A stretch of DNA of 64,000 nt from Tubulanus polymorphus (taxonomy: Eukaryota > Animalia > Nemertea), in NCBI RefSeq assembly GCF_964204645.1, contig NC_134034.1, forward strand, positions 8,444,962 to 8,508,961. The letters are read 5' to 3'. The translations under genes and the position numbers were made by a program. The number at the start of each line of letters is the position of its first letter. Position 1 is the first letter of the stretch. A model generated the notes under the pieces. That model did not search any database. It was given only the letters and a program-made list of their open reading frames with translations, and was not told where the DNA came from. Shown here one piece after another: positions 13,567-25,779 of this stretch.

Positions 13567-13894
13567 TCAAAAAAATTACCATCATCATTACATTTAGTTA
13601 TCTTTTTTATGATTAATTCAACATTTATTTCATTACTACTTTTATGATTATCATATATTTTGGATAATATGTTTTTAATATCATCGATAATTCCATTTTT
13701 ATTTAATATTCTAAAGGTGTTTTAATGAAATCAATTACTTTTTCTATATTATAATTTTCTTTATTAATCATTGATGCATTGTTAAATGATTTACGTTTAA
13801 TATCAGTAATTACATCATTTAGTTTAATTCTCATTTCTTTACCATGTTTAAAATCAAACCCAAAACATATACTCGGTCCAACAGTTATATTCAT
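13567..13894 (-). pseudogene. Hypothetical protein MNITVGPSICFG (homolog of 47715-48068), truncated
   Basis: N-terminus matches copy B; homology continues past the stop at 13703. Confidence 0.75.
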
Positions 13895-13911
13895 TTATAT
13901 AGTGAAAAAAA

Positions 13912-14520
13912 TTACTCTGTACATCTTATAACTAATTCATGAATTACAGGGAAATTATTTAAATCAATTAAATATCCATTATGATTGGATCTTATCTAAA
14001 ACTATTAAATTGAGGAATACAAGGTTTAAAATCACATTCTGTTAAATTATAATTTATTTGCGTTCCGAATTCTTTAACATTCTTCAATGGTAAAAATATT
14101 TAATAAACCAGAATTACAAGTTATATCTTTAGTTGCTTCGAATGTTTTGTAGGATCGATTAAATTGCAATAAATGTAAAAATGTGTGTAAGGTATTAAGT
14201 TTGGTATAGCAACATCAATATTTTTAAAAGATCTATCTGGAGGAATTCCTAACAGTTTAGATATAGGTTTTTTTACCATAAATTTATGTTTTTCACTATT
14301 AGACAACCTTATCTTTATTCTATCAGAACTATTATACACTATTATATATACTATTATAAACTCAGATATTGTAAAATGAGTTACATAAACTTATATTTAC
14401 TAATTTCAAATCTACACAATTCTTAAATTCTCTATCTAATTGTACTAGTAAATTATGTGATTTATAATTTGTAAGTCTTCAAGAATCAACAAATAGTCTG
14501 TATTCTTTTAATTCTACCAT
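13912..14520 (-). pseudogene. mCP: Minor capsid (penton) protein, deleted and frameshifted
   Basis: Homolog of 46943-47698; THFYIYCNLIDP. Confidence 0.8.
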
Positions 14521-14534
14521 TTATTTTACATATT

Positions 14535-14882
14535 TTTTTCGAAATCTATTTCATGGTGCCCTTTTTCATTCTTACCTTTGTACATGAAATAGAAATCTCC
14601 CGAACATAATTCTTCTAAATCTTCACTTGATAATCTATGAAATCTATCTGGTAAATATGTTCTGAATTTATGTGCATTTCCTTTTAATCCTTCATATTTT
14701 AAGTGGATAACTAATTTATCTCCATATTTGTTAGTATGAATGCTGTATCAATATTTGTAATTAGATATTTCTTATGGAATTGTTAATTCTTTTAACTTCT
14801 TAAACTAATAATCTACAGATTTGATGTTTGAAGTATCTTTTATTCTGTTTAAGAATTCACTGTTTACTTGTTTACTCTCCAT
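14535..14882 (-). pseudogene. MESKQV protein (homolog of 46584-46925), frameshifted; starts inside the right TIR
   Basis: Nucleotide colinearity with 41373-41726 and 46584-46925. Confidence 0.82.
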
Positions 14883-15107
14883 TTTAATACTAAATTTTTT
14901 ATTAAAATTGATTTTAAAAGTTATTCATTTATATGTTATTCATATATATATGAATTATTTCAATCACACTTTACTGACACTTTTAATGTTTAAAAATCTA
15001 ACTCATACAAATATAAATATTGAAATATGTTTAAAATATATCTATCCATCTATCTATAATAGCTCGACCTCCGACCTCTGGCTTGAACCCCTACTTTTCC
15101 TATTACT
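14878..15107 (-). repeat. Right TIR of copy A, inner part, ending in a half terminal hairpin ...CCTATTACT
   Basis: 14878-14989 is the reverse complement of 1-112; 15061-15107 resembles the outer arm 60692-60739. Confidence 0.85.
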
Positions 15108-15211
15108 AAAAAATATGACTTCATAATTTATTTTATTTTATTTTATTTTATTTTTAATCTAATAATAATATGAATATTATTTATTTATAAAAATATATTT
15201 CATTATTTATT

Positions 15212-15212
<1 letters not shown>

Positions 15213-15277
<65 letters not shown>
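15213..15277. repeat. (AAT)n microsatellite within an AT-rich stretch
   Basis: Direct reading. Confidence 0.95.
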
Positions 15278-15278
<1 letters not shown>

Positions 15279-15481
15279 TCACTCTTTTATTTTATTCATT
15301 CATAAAAATATATTTCATATAATATATATTTTATTTATAATAATAATAATATCTCTGTATTATTCTATTTTATTTTATTTTATTTATTTATAAAAATATA
15401 TTTCATTATTTATTTATAATAATAATAATAATGATATGAAATTCATGTAAATTATGTTCATATATATATGAATATTTTAAG

Positions 15482-15630
15482 AGTATATAGGAATTAGTTG
15501 TTTCATATCAAAGGTTGAAGGGGTTCATAAAAAATGAAAAAATAAATTCGAGCGTGCGAGAATTTTTTTTTTCATTTTCATGAGCTCGACCTTTCGACCT
15601 TTGATTTGAAACAACTAATTTCTATGTACT
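15482..15630. repeat. Terminal imperfect palindrome (149 bp) of copy A
   Basis: AGTATATAGGAATTAGTTGTTTCA...TGAAACAACTAATTTCTATGTACT; loop TTCGAGCGTGCGAGAA; preceded by AATATTTTAAG as in B and D. Confidence 0.88.
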
Positions 15631-15636
15631 GAGATA

Positions 15637-15723
15637 TATATACGATCCAGAGACAAAGAGACTGATTCAAGTAATCAGAGATGATACAAACTAATTAGTC
15701 TCTTGGTCTCTGGATTGTATATA
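15637..15723. mobile_element. Short foldback/MITE-like element
   Basis: TATATACGATCCAGAGACAAAGAGACTGATT pairs with AATTAGTCTCTTGGTCTCTGGATTGTATATA. Confidence 0.55.
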
Positions 15724-15757
15724 ATAATTTTCTCATAATTTGTGTAGTATCTCATTA

Positions 15758-15800
15758 TTCCTGAAGATGACTATTAGGATATAGTCGAAGCGTTGAAATA
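15758..15800 (+). ncRNA. Degenerate minimal hammerhead ribozyme motif (Penelope-like element remnant)
   Basis: CTGAAGA, stem GACTAT/ATAGTC, then GAAGCGTT (canonical GAAACGT with one substitution), followed by AATAAA. Confidence 0.55.
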
Positions 15801-16029
15801 AACTACTATCTCGAAGTTTCGGACTATTTCGTTATAATTGTCGGATTCTCTCTACATCGCGTCAACACGGATATAGTGTTCTGCCAATCGTGAATAAAGT
15901 GACGGTTTGAGACCATTTATTTATACAGTTCAGATCGGCACCTGCGTGACGGCACTGATCTCGATAATTTTCCTCTAAAATTCTTAATCAACAAAATTTA
16001 ATCAGTATTAAGTGATAATGTTCACTTAC

Positions 16030-16093
16030 CTTGAGAATTCTCGACGTATGAAAATACAGCGACCACAAACAAACTCTTCATCATCAACTCCAT
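16030..16093 (-). CDS. Probable first coding exon of a host secreted protein (signal peptide MELMMKSLFVVAVFSYVENSQ-G)
   Basis: ATG at 16093, 64 nt long, ends at an AAG|GTAAGT phase-1 donor; basic residue followed by a hydrophobic core. Confidence 0.55.
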
Positions 16094-16180
16094 ATTCAAA
16101 CAGACACCCGCGATAAATACTAAACTGAACTGTGAACCACAACCAAAAAACTGCGCCTTTTCACACAGACTGATATGATC

Positions 16181-16214
16181 AACTGAATCAGAAAACTGAG
16201 TTGGTCTTTAAATA
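16181..16214 (-). promoter_or_regulatory. Pol II core promoter: TATTTAAA box plus TCAGTT initiator
   Basis: TATTTAAA at 16214-16207; the A of TCAGTT at 16184 lies 30 nt downstream. Confidence 0.5.
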
Positions 16215-18158
16215 GTAATTTTATTTCCTTCTTTTAATCTTGAAAACGATTAGGATCGTTGTCACTCCGCCATCATCATCATTTATCATCAGTAATCATC
16301 ATTCTTTGTTCATGTAAATATATCTATTTAGAGAATTATTAAGGATTATATTGTCTCTCCATCATCACACTCAGTGTAACTATCAAAGCACAAATAGATA
16401 AAGCCAAAAAACCACATAAACAGGATCTTCCTTATGTACATTTAATAAAATAATTGGACGATGAATAGAATGAAAACTTCGAAGTAAAGAAAACTGCATT
16501 TTAGATAATAGTTTAATTTCCTCAATTACCTCTCTGATTTATAGTATAATAAGGAAACACTGACTCTGGTGATCAGGGATATTGACTTTAACTGATGTAT
16601 CAAACTATGAATAAAACTTTAAATAAAAACCAATATTTCGACGACTTCGCTATCATAGGACGCGTGTAAATCTCACAATAAAAAAACCGAAATAAAACAA
16701 GGAAACGAAAGTCTAAATTACTCCGAACGTTCAGTTTTACATTGTGGCTTTGACATATGTTCGTTTTATTTCTATGATACGTTAAGACAATAATCCGGTT
16801 TTCCACTATAGATACGATTCAGTCAGTTGTTATACACACAGTAATTATCGTTTGAAGTTTCGGAGTGTTATTGTGCGTTTTTGATACTTTTCAATTTTTC
16901 ATTGTCTTTAACATTGTTTTATTCCTATAAACGTTAAGACAAAAATAGTTAACTGATTTATTCTGGCTGGTTAGTAGGAGTTTTCACGTATAGTTCCGAC
17001 TAACGGACATTCGTTTCCACCTGGCCCGAAACCGTGAAGCATTTTCATTCACCGGTCAAAGGATTCGAACTCACTTTGCCAGCGCCGTCGTTCCCCATGA
17101 CACCGCGAGTCGTTACTAGCCGACCTGAATCCGGTCGTACCAATCACAGCGCTTGTAACGAATAACACGAGGTGTCCGACCAATCAGCGCTCGCTTTAGG
17201 GTTTGCGGAAGCGCGTTCGGAACCCCCGGCAAGCGAGGATGACCGCGAAGTAGAATATTTTGTCAACGGTAGTTCGAACCCGCAGTTCGCCACCAATACA
17301 CCGGAACCAGTCCATCTGACATTGGATAGTTTGGACACGGAACCGGAACAAACGACGGCAATAACTGAGGGTTGGGACTTACAGAAAACACGTGCAAAAC
17401 CTCTTCATCGTGTTCTAAAACCTGTCCAAAGCTAAAACTTGACTGGTTTTGTTTGCGATGGAAGAGTTTTGAACGGGTTTAATTGAAATCAGAATGTCTG
17501 CGGCTGGGAATCACAGTGGTTGAAACTCACCACGGATCCCGCGATAAACAAGCAACACGATAATACATATATTTATTCGTGATCATTCAAGATTAATACA
17601 AGAATTTCATTATCTGGTGGAATTATTCCAACAGGTTTAGCATCATCACAGATTACTACAAATTATACATATACATCTATAACATTTATACAAATACATA
17701 CAAACTCAGATACAACGATTCATCGGTTTTCAATAAATAGAGAATTTTGTCCCAAGTAAAACAATTTGATTAATTTCACACTTACATCGGTTATAACTAA
17801 GAGATTTTCACGGTCCCGTGAAAGTTTGGTTGATTTAGCCTATTGTCCAAAATAACTATCTATAACAACCACCTTTTAACCGTAAAGGTTTAGTTAGGTT
17901 AAATGATAATTAGTACTTATTTATGTTAGGTTTAACGGAAATCAAAAGGTGGCTGTAATTGATAGGATTGAAGACACGTGGCGGATGATTAAAGCCAAGA
18001 ATACATGAGAAGTTTTGGTTGAGGGGATGAGTTGAGGTGGGGGGATGAGTTGAGGTGGGGAAGAGGGAGGAGAGGGGATAAATGGAAGATTATTGAGTAA
18101 TTACATACACAAATTTACACAATGACAGTTTAATAGAAAGTTCTCATTTCATGGATGG

Positions 18159-18516
18159 GATGTTGAGTTCACCAGACAGTGTCTCACTGGGGGTAGATCC
18201 TGCAGCACTTGAATGTTGAGTTCACCAGACAGTGTCTCACTGGAGGTAGATTCTGCAGAACTTGGATGTTGAGTTCACCACACAGTGTCTCACTTGGGGT
18301 AGATTCTGCAGAACTTGGATGTTGAGTTCACCAGACAGTGTCTCACTGGGGGTAGATTCTGCAGAACTTGGATGGTGAGTTCACCAAACAGTGTCTCACT
18401 GGAGGTAAATTCTGCAGCACTTGGATGTTGAGTTCACCAGACAGTGTCTCACTGGAGGTAGATTCTGCAGCACTTGGATGTTGAGTTCACCAGACAGCAT
18501 CTCACTGGGAGTAGAT
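18159..18516. repeat. 53-bp minisatellite, about 6.7 copies; further copies at 20826-20920
   Basis: Unit GATGTTGAGTTCACCAGACAGTGTCTCACTGG(G/A)GGTAGATTCTGCAG(C/A)ACTTG. Confidence 0.93.
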
Positions 18517-21217
18517 GATCTCGGCGTGAATGATAGAAAAATAATGAAAAGAAATACATGTTAGAATATATTCATACAGTAGACAGAGTAAGGACAAAGG
18601 TTCAACTGCTTTGTGGTAAAAACATGTCCTTCAAATCAGGAATTGTCAATGTTCCTGAATCTATTGTGTCAAATGATACATGTATTTCTAAGTGTGACAT
18701 TCCAGCACGCATGTTCGAGTTCATTTCAATAAAATAAATTACATGATGAGGCTGCAATTGAATTAAAATTGAATCACATAAAATACTCAAATATTGCACC
18801 AGCTGATTTGTCCATTCAAACCTAAGAATTTCGAATATATTTTTAAGATTCTAAATTCCTCGCCTAAGCTAAACTAGCCCCTAGTGGTTTATAAAGACGA
18901 CCGACACCTCTTTCTCTTTCTTTCTTTCTTTCTTTTTTTGCGCCCGTGAATTATGCTTAAACATGTTCGAGGTGGTTTTTTCAAACTGTTTTAAGGTGCG
19001 TCCCCGCAGACAACTGAGGCTAGGATAGAAATACCCGTATCTCTTGACGCACATGTCTAACCTATCGAGTAATTGACTTTCGGGCCTCGGAGTCCGCGGT
19101 TCAGTAAAGGAGCGTCCGATGCCCTGATGCTATCGTCCTCCCCGGGCGGCCTTTCGCCATCCCTGTCACCGAGCATACTGATACACCGGTCACAATCCTC
19201 TCTTTAATCGTTATCTATAAAATACTTGAGTAAGGCCCTGGCGAGAGAACGTGTCCGTGCACAAATCCGAATGAATAAATTGAAATACCGGATGATAATA
19301 TTGAAGATAATATATTTTATTTACCTTGAACAAAGAATGATTTTCCTAATCCCTATTGTATATGAATCCCTATCGTTCCGAAGCTTCTCCTATCCTGCTG
19401 TCGACACTCGTCTTACTAAGGTACAGATTCTCTCGAGTGACTGCTCTCTCAAGATGCGGGTCCCTTTTATAGAAAGAATCGGCATTCTTAAAATACCGAC
19501 TCTCCCACTCGACTTTTGGCAAGGAGCAGCAACCTTACGGTCATGACTGTTTTGGTCATATAGAATTTGGCCTTAATGATTCGCTGATCTAAAATTATTT
19601 TCAAAACTGATTTGCTAAACTAACTTTTTCCTTCCAACCCTCTTGTCATGACGCGTTGTGATTTACTCACTCCTTGCTAGTCGTTGTTGAGAGAGCAGCT
19701 ATTGTCTGTGAATTACCAACGAGCGCATACAGACAACAGAAACTTCAGACAGCTAGTTTTAACATTTAACACAAATTAATTTTTCTAAAACATTAGCGAT
19801 TATTAACAATTTGTTCTTAAACAACATCTAGATTACTCAAATTAAATATCTTTTCAAAACTTTGTTTTCTTTTCTAATTACAGTACAAATTCATTGTTTC
19901 TTTTTTTAATTATCATAATCAACTACGATTCGGAATACATTGTGATTGATTATCAATTCTTAAATTATTTGAAATACTCATACTAATCATTTTATCTACA
20001 ATTTAACTAATTCTATTTTAATACAGGATAAGCAAAACAACCACATCTTCCTAAACTTCCGGTTTTTCCTTTTACGGAAAGTAGCCGGGAATATCATCAA
20101 GTATCAGCGTGATCCCTTCACGAGCCTCATTATAAATACACTCCATTGTTCCGACCCAACCAGATATGGTTCCAACTATTTAAAAGTTTTATATAAAGAT
20201 TTTCTGAATGTTTGCCAGATCTCACAACAGAAGAACCGAGAAAGAATTGTTGTTTATAGACTGATTTATGGTTTGCGTTGGTAGATGAAAGCATCAAACA
20301 AGAACTTTCGTAATTCTTACTACTAGTACGTTCTTGTCTGACGGCTTTTAACGTAACCCCCACGCATACGGAAACAACATTAAGAACATTTCTAAATACT
20401 ACGAAACATTTTCAAATACTACGAAAATCTAGCTATGGATCAATACTCACTTTAAGGGCTACCACCCCTTACCGTCACCGCTATTTTTCTTCCCGCCATC
20501 TCGCAACCACAGAAATGAGTTTAACTCAGAAAAGGAAGAACCCGAATGGATTCAATTGGATTTATACGTGTGGTCAGATTTGGGTTCGGATCCCGAGGCA
20601 CCGAGCACAGCGTATTTCAATGTGACCAGTTTATCACCTTCCGTCGCTGACTCAGAATAAATTCCCAAAGTGAGATTAGAAATAAATCAGCGATTTCAAA
20701 TAATTTAGAAATGAACAAATAAAATATCTGGATTTCATAAATCCAATGAAAACTATTTCTAGACCACGTGATTGAACAAATGAATTTTGAATTTTGACAG
20801 TAATTACATAAGAAAAAATTTATCAGTTCACCAGACAGCATCTCACTGGGGGTAGATTCTAGGATGTTGAGTTCACCAGACAGTGTCTCTGCACTGGGGG
20901 TAGATTCTGCAGCACTTGGATAGTTTAACCTCGGGCTGAAGGCTGTAAAGGTAAAATTCCACGATTGAAATATCTAGAAAATCTCCTGATTTTATCCAAT
21001 TTCCCAGCATACATACTCACCAGATCTGGAGTCAGCTAATACGTCTTGGCTGTGGATTAGCGACTAGTTCAGGCAATATAAACCACTGAAATGTGAAAAC
21101 AGACATTGCTTAAATTCTAATACATGTATTTCTCAAGATTTAAAGATGATTTCTATCCTGCACTCAGCACTCATGCTGCATTAGAAAATATTTTTGGCTA
21201 AGGTAAAAATGGTTTCT

Positions 21218-21805
21218 GACACAGTCTGATTTGTGTCAGATTGTAACTGTAGAAGTTTCACTCATTGCTTCAGTCTAATAGAGATATAACTGATGTACAT
21301 GTAACATTGACTGTGTAACACTGCAGTGATTTGTTCACTTATTCCTCCTCAGTTTGTTCTCTCATCTTCATTAGCGATAAGATTCATTCTCATCCGTCTA
21401 ACTACAACATCGTAACATTTCTACTTATTAAATCATAGAGGGAATGAGTATTATGGCGTTTTGGTATGGAATGGGGCAGGGCATGGTGTGGTTGACATGT
21501 TAGGGGAGGATAGGACATTGTGGTAAGGTAAGGTCAGGTTGAATGATGCAGGGTTGTTTGATGTGGCTGGATTCGATGATCAGTTTAATATAGAACTGGT
21601 CGAGGTTGATGTATGTGGTAGTGTACGGTGTGTATGTTCAGGAGGATATATGATAGCGGATTGAAAGGTTACTGGTTGGGGCGGTACCATAGTGATGCCG
21701 ATATAGTTTATGTAGGGTAGGGGCTGGTGTACAGGGTTAAGGATAGGGTAATGCATGGTCAGAGTGATGGTAGAGGAAAAGTGTGGGTAATGTGAGGAAG
21801 GGTAT
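21218..21805 (+). repeat. ~590-bp inverted repeat, left copy (pairs with 25083-25689)
   Basis: For example CAGTCTAATAGAGATATAACTGATGTACATGTAACA occurs reverse-complemented at ~25602-25637. Confidence 0.88.
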
Positions 21806-22846
21806 TTTGGTGTTGTTGAGGTGAGGGTGATTTTGGTAGAATTGTTCAGATATCTGCACAGATGTTGGGGTGAGGCTAGGACAGTTGAGGTACGATGAGT
21901 AGTGCTTCCCTTTAGACATCTCAATGTCTCTAATCCTTTCAAATCAATCCCTTATTCCTTACAGCTATTCACATTTTGAAATAAGATAATAATTACTGGC
22001 TTTCGATTGAAATCAGCCAGATTTTCAAGATTTACCTGAGGATGAAAATATATCGACATCTACTTTGACACATTCCATCATAAACACCATCATTGAATAG
22101 GATTGGATTGCACATTCACGAGTAGTGGAAGGAGCTATGGATGTGACGTCTAAGGCCTATAAATGAACTACTAGTTGAAAAGAAGTTGAGGATGTAAATA
22201 CCACTAGAATCAGATGATCCAGAATAAGCTATGAATGTGATTCATTTGAGATAAAATCTATAGGAACAACAGACAAAAAGAATTATAGACTAAAATCAAT
22301 CAGATGATCTCAAACTAAAGCTAAAACAAGTTAGATATTTTAGTCCTATCTCTCCATGCCTCCCATTCACTCAAACTAACTCCTCCATTCCATGAAATAC
22401 TAGGAGACGATACCTGGAAGATATTGAATATCACCCTTAAAACAATGACAAAAAAATCAGTAACAATATTTTGAATGTGTGTCACATTTTAACAAGTGAA
22501 TGATTCATGAAGCGAATGACAACAAATCTCCAGGGATGGGTTTCATAGTTGTGGAACATTAAAATAATCCCTGGGAAAATTTTTAACCATGGTTTTAACT
22601 ATGTCTTCTTAGTCAATAAAACTGAGCCCAAATCTCAGATAGAATAGTTTTTACCCTACTACCAGCTTGGAAACAGCAAACTGTTGAAAAATAAACTCTG
22701 AACCCACAATAGTTTGTAAATTCAAGGTTTACCGTAAAATATTTCTTATATTTATCACTTTACGTCCAGTGGTACTTGAAACTCAGCGCCTCCTATCTCT
22801 GTCTCTCTCTCTCACTAGCCATTTTTTGTGAACATTTATAAGCACA

Positions 22847-23098
22847 TGAGGTAGTTATAGACCACTGCCCGCTCTCTAAGCCAGCAGGGGACTACCCTTC
22901 GGACCCCACTTTTGTGCTTGGTGGCTATAACATCACCTTTTCGTGAGTTGAGGTAGGAATAGACCACTGCCTCTGCTAGGCGGACAGTGGACTAAACCTT
23001 CGAATTGCTCTCGGACCCCACTCCTTATATTTTTTTGAGTTGAGGTAGGGATAGACCACTGCCTACCCGCCAGGCGGACAGTGGACTAAACCCCTCAC
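22847..23098. repeat. Three dispersed ~60-bp hairpin-forming repeats
   Basis: TGAGGTAGxxATAGACCACTGCC...GGACAGTGGACTA; copies near 22847, 22949 and 23041. Confidence 0.7.
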
Positions 23099-23541
23099 TC
23101 TTCATGTTCTTTCTTTTTCTTATGGCTGTCTCCCTTTGCTATGGTATCAGTACCACCCGGCAGTAAGTGTATATATAGGAAATATAGTAATTGAACTAGA
23201 TTTGAATCCATCTCAATCAGTGCTTTTAAAACCAGTAGTAGGGCAGCAGTTCACTATATACTTAATCAGAATCATTGTTTGATGATATTGTTTATTTGCA
23301 GCACCATTTGTTCCATGACACAAGTTTAAATTCTTAAATGAATCGATGAATTCAATCTTCAATTGCATCAGTCTCGAAGTATCTCATATAGAGATTTTGG
23401 AATAGCTAGCGAGGGAAGGAGGTAGAGAAGGTAAGGCTAGGCACGATACTGAAACCTGGCATTAACCTAAAGAATGTTTTTAATTATCCTTGTGTCCTGA
23501 CCAAGGATATGTAAGGATTAAGAGGTAGCATTGAAATTACG

Positions 23542-23613
23542 CGCACTCACCGGGGATCGAACCCATGTCTCGTACATAGAAAGCAAATGTGCTAACCAGT
23601 AGACCAATAGTCC
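23542..23613 (-). pseudogene. tRNA-derived sequence (tRNA pseudogene or SINE head)
   Basis: A box TGGTCTACTGG, B box GGTTCGATCC and T-arm are present; acceptor and anticodon stems are mismatched. Confidence 0.7.
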
Positions 23614-25082
23614 ACTTGACCAGCGTTTTTTTATATCTCATTTGTCTTATACACATAACACTGGTACTTCGAAGCGCAACAGAACTGCTGAATATGCATA
23701 TATTTTCTAATAAGACCTGTGCAGTCAACAGGACAGGCTGTCTATACGGGCTTAGAAACATTTAAATATCGAAATTTGAAATATGTCAGAAATGTGTGCT
23801 AATTAAATGAGATCAAAATCCTAGTTCAACTAAGGAAATACAAATACAAGAGAGTATTTTCAGTATACATGTATTTTGAGTAAGACCAATTTCAAAAATA
23901 CCTTATCAATAAAAATGATGGGCTTGTATTGAATAAAATACCTGTGTCACTCCAACTACAACTCCAACTACTCGTGAACTTTAAATAGATGAATCTTTAC
24001 AACTATTTATATCAGAAATGTGTCCGTAATTTGTCTCAATTTTCTCATCTTGTCCGCAATAGTCCACAATAGATTTCGCCTATTCGAAAGTAAAAAATCA
24101 CTGGCCCCAACTTGTGAAATCCTTTAATACCCAAATATCTCATATAGTGTATGAAAAAGGTAACAATGGTTGAAAATGTTACACGTGACATTGCTGCATC
24201 AAACGACCTGTGATACAACAGCACCAGGCTATAGACTCAGTATATAAACTCACAGGACCGGCGGAATTGGTCAGACAAACTTCGCTCATTAAGTTCTGTG
24301 TTAAAATCGATTTCACAATTTCAAAAAACGATGTAAAAAATACAAAAGTGATGAGAAACTATCGGGTTGAAAATCAACATAAATCTGTTCAGTGTGCCAT
24401 CTGGTGATATTTAACAAAATCAATCAATCATCTCAATTTTCAATATCAAATTGAAGCTGTTTGTTACAGATATGAATTGATGTCATATTTGCTTTGCTGA
24501 ACTGTATTTTATACTCTTGGTTTTATTTGCTTCTCTGCGCATCAAATCTATCAGGCGTTACTTGGCTAAATTATGAGCTTTCAAAATCCAGTTCCACTTC
24601 GTAGGATGGTCTGCAGAATGACCAATAGTAACAATAATAGATCCACCAGACCGAAACACATGCCCTAAAAATCCCATCAGCAGCCAATATAAACCCTGTC
24701 TTGTCCTACCACCACCTGCGCCATCACATCCAGACAAATCAGAAATAGATTCACTGTCCACAGTGACAGCTACAACGTCTGTTCTTACTTTCGTATTCAA
24801 TATTTTAAGCACAGAATTCCCATTTAATGATGCCCATTTAACCAATCATTAGAATTCTACCAAATTCACCAAAATCTCAAAACTAAGGGTCCATGGACAC
24901 CATGCTAACTGTGAAATTCTTGACATTCTGACAATTCAATATCATACGCATCACGAATTTCTAAAACTTCAAAACTTTATCAGACGGATAACTGTATTCC
25001 GTTTGTGAACAGATTGACAATGGATGAGAAGTGAACCCAACAGCCCGCTGGGACTTAAATCCCAAGTGGACTAAAAAAAAAA

Positions 25083-25689
25083 CACCCTTCTCCACATTAC
25101 CCACACTTTTCCTCTCCCATCACTCCGACCATGCCTTACCCTATCTTTAACCGTGTACACCAGCCCCTACCCTACATAAACCAAACCAGCATCACTATGG
25201 TACCGCCCTCTACCAGCAACCTTTTAATCCGTTATCATCATACATCCTCCCTAACATACACACCGTACACTAGCACATACATCACTTAGCCCCAAACAGT
25301 TCTATATTAAACTGATCATCGAACCCAACCACATCAAATAACCCTGCATCATCCAACTGACCTTACCTCATCACATTACTCTATCCTACCCTAACTGTCC
25401 AAGACACCATACCCTGCCCCATTCCATACCCAAACCTCATACTACTCATTCCCTCTATGATTGAATAAGTAGAAATGTTATGATGCTATAGTTGGACGGA
25501 TGGCAATGATTCTTATAATTGCTAATGAAGATGAGAGAACAGACATTCTTCAAACTGATGAGGAACAAGTGAACAAATGACTGCAGTGTTACACAGTCAG
25601 TGTTACATGTACATCAGTTATATCTCTATTAGACTGAAACAATGAGTGAAACTTTGACAGTAACAATCTGACACAAATCAGATTGTGTC
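25083..25689 (-). repeat. ~600-bp inverted repeat, right copy (pairs with 21218-21805)
   Basis: Reverse-complement similarity throughout. Confidence 0.88.
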
Positions 25690-25779
25690 GTAGGCCAAAA
25701 ACATTTTTACAATAGAAAACATTCTACAGCTTTTCTATTTTCTATGTTTATACAAATCTACTTATCTTGGTTTTTCTGC

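Larger units (their letters stand above)
1..15630. mobile_element. Polinton/Maverick (adintovirus-like) copy A, decayed; left terminus lies outside the window
   Basis: Contains pPolB, INT, ATPase, MCP and mCP homologs. Bases 1-112 are the reverse complement of 14878-14989. Ends in a terminal palindrome finishing ...CTATGTACT at 15630. Many frameshifts and stops relative to copy B. Confidence 0.93.

Noticed and set aside
22847-22870. let-7 microRNA (TGAGGTAG)
   Set aside because: Only the first 8-9 nt match; the rest of the mature sequence and the star arm do not.
23542-23613. Functional tRNA gene
   Set aside because: Acceptor and anticodon stems do not pair properly; treated as tRNA-derived.
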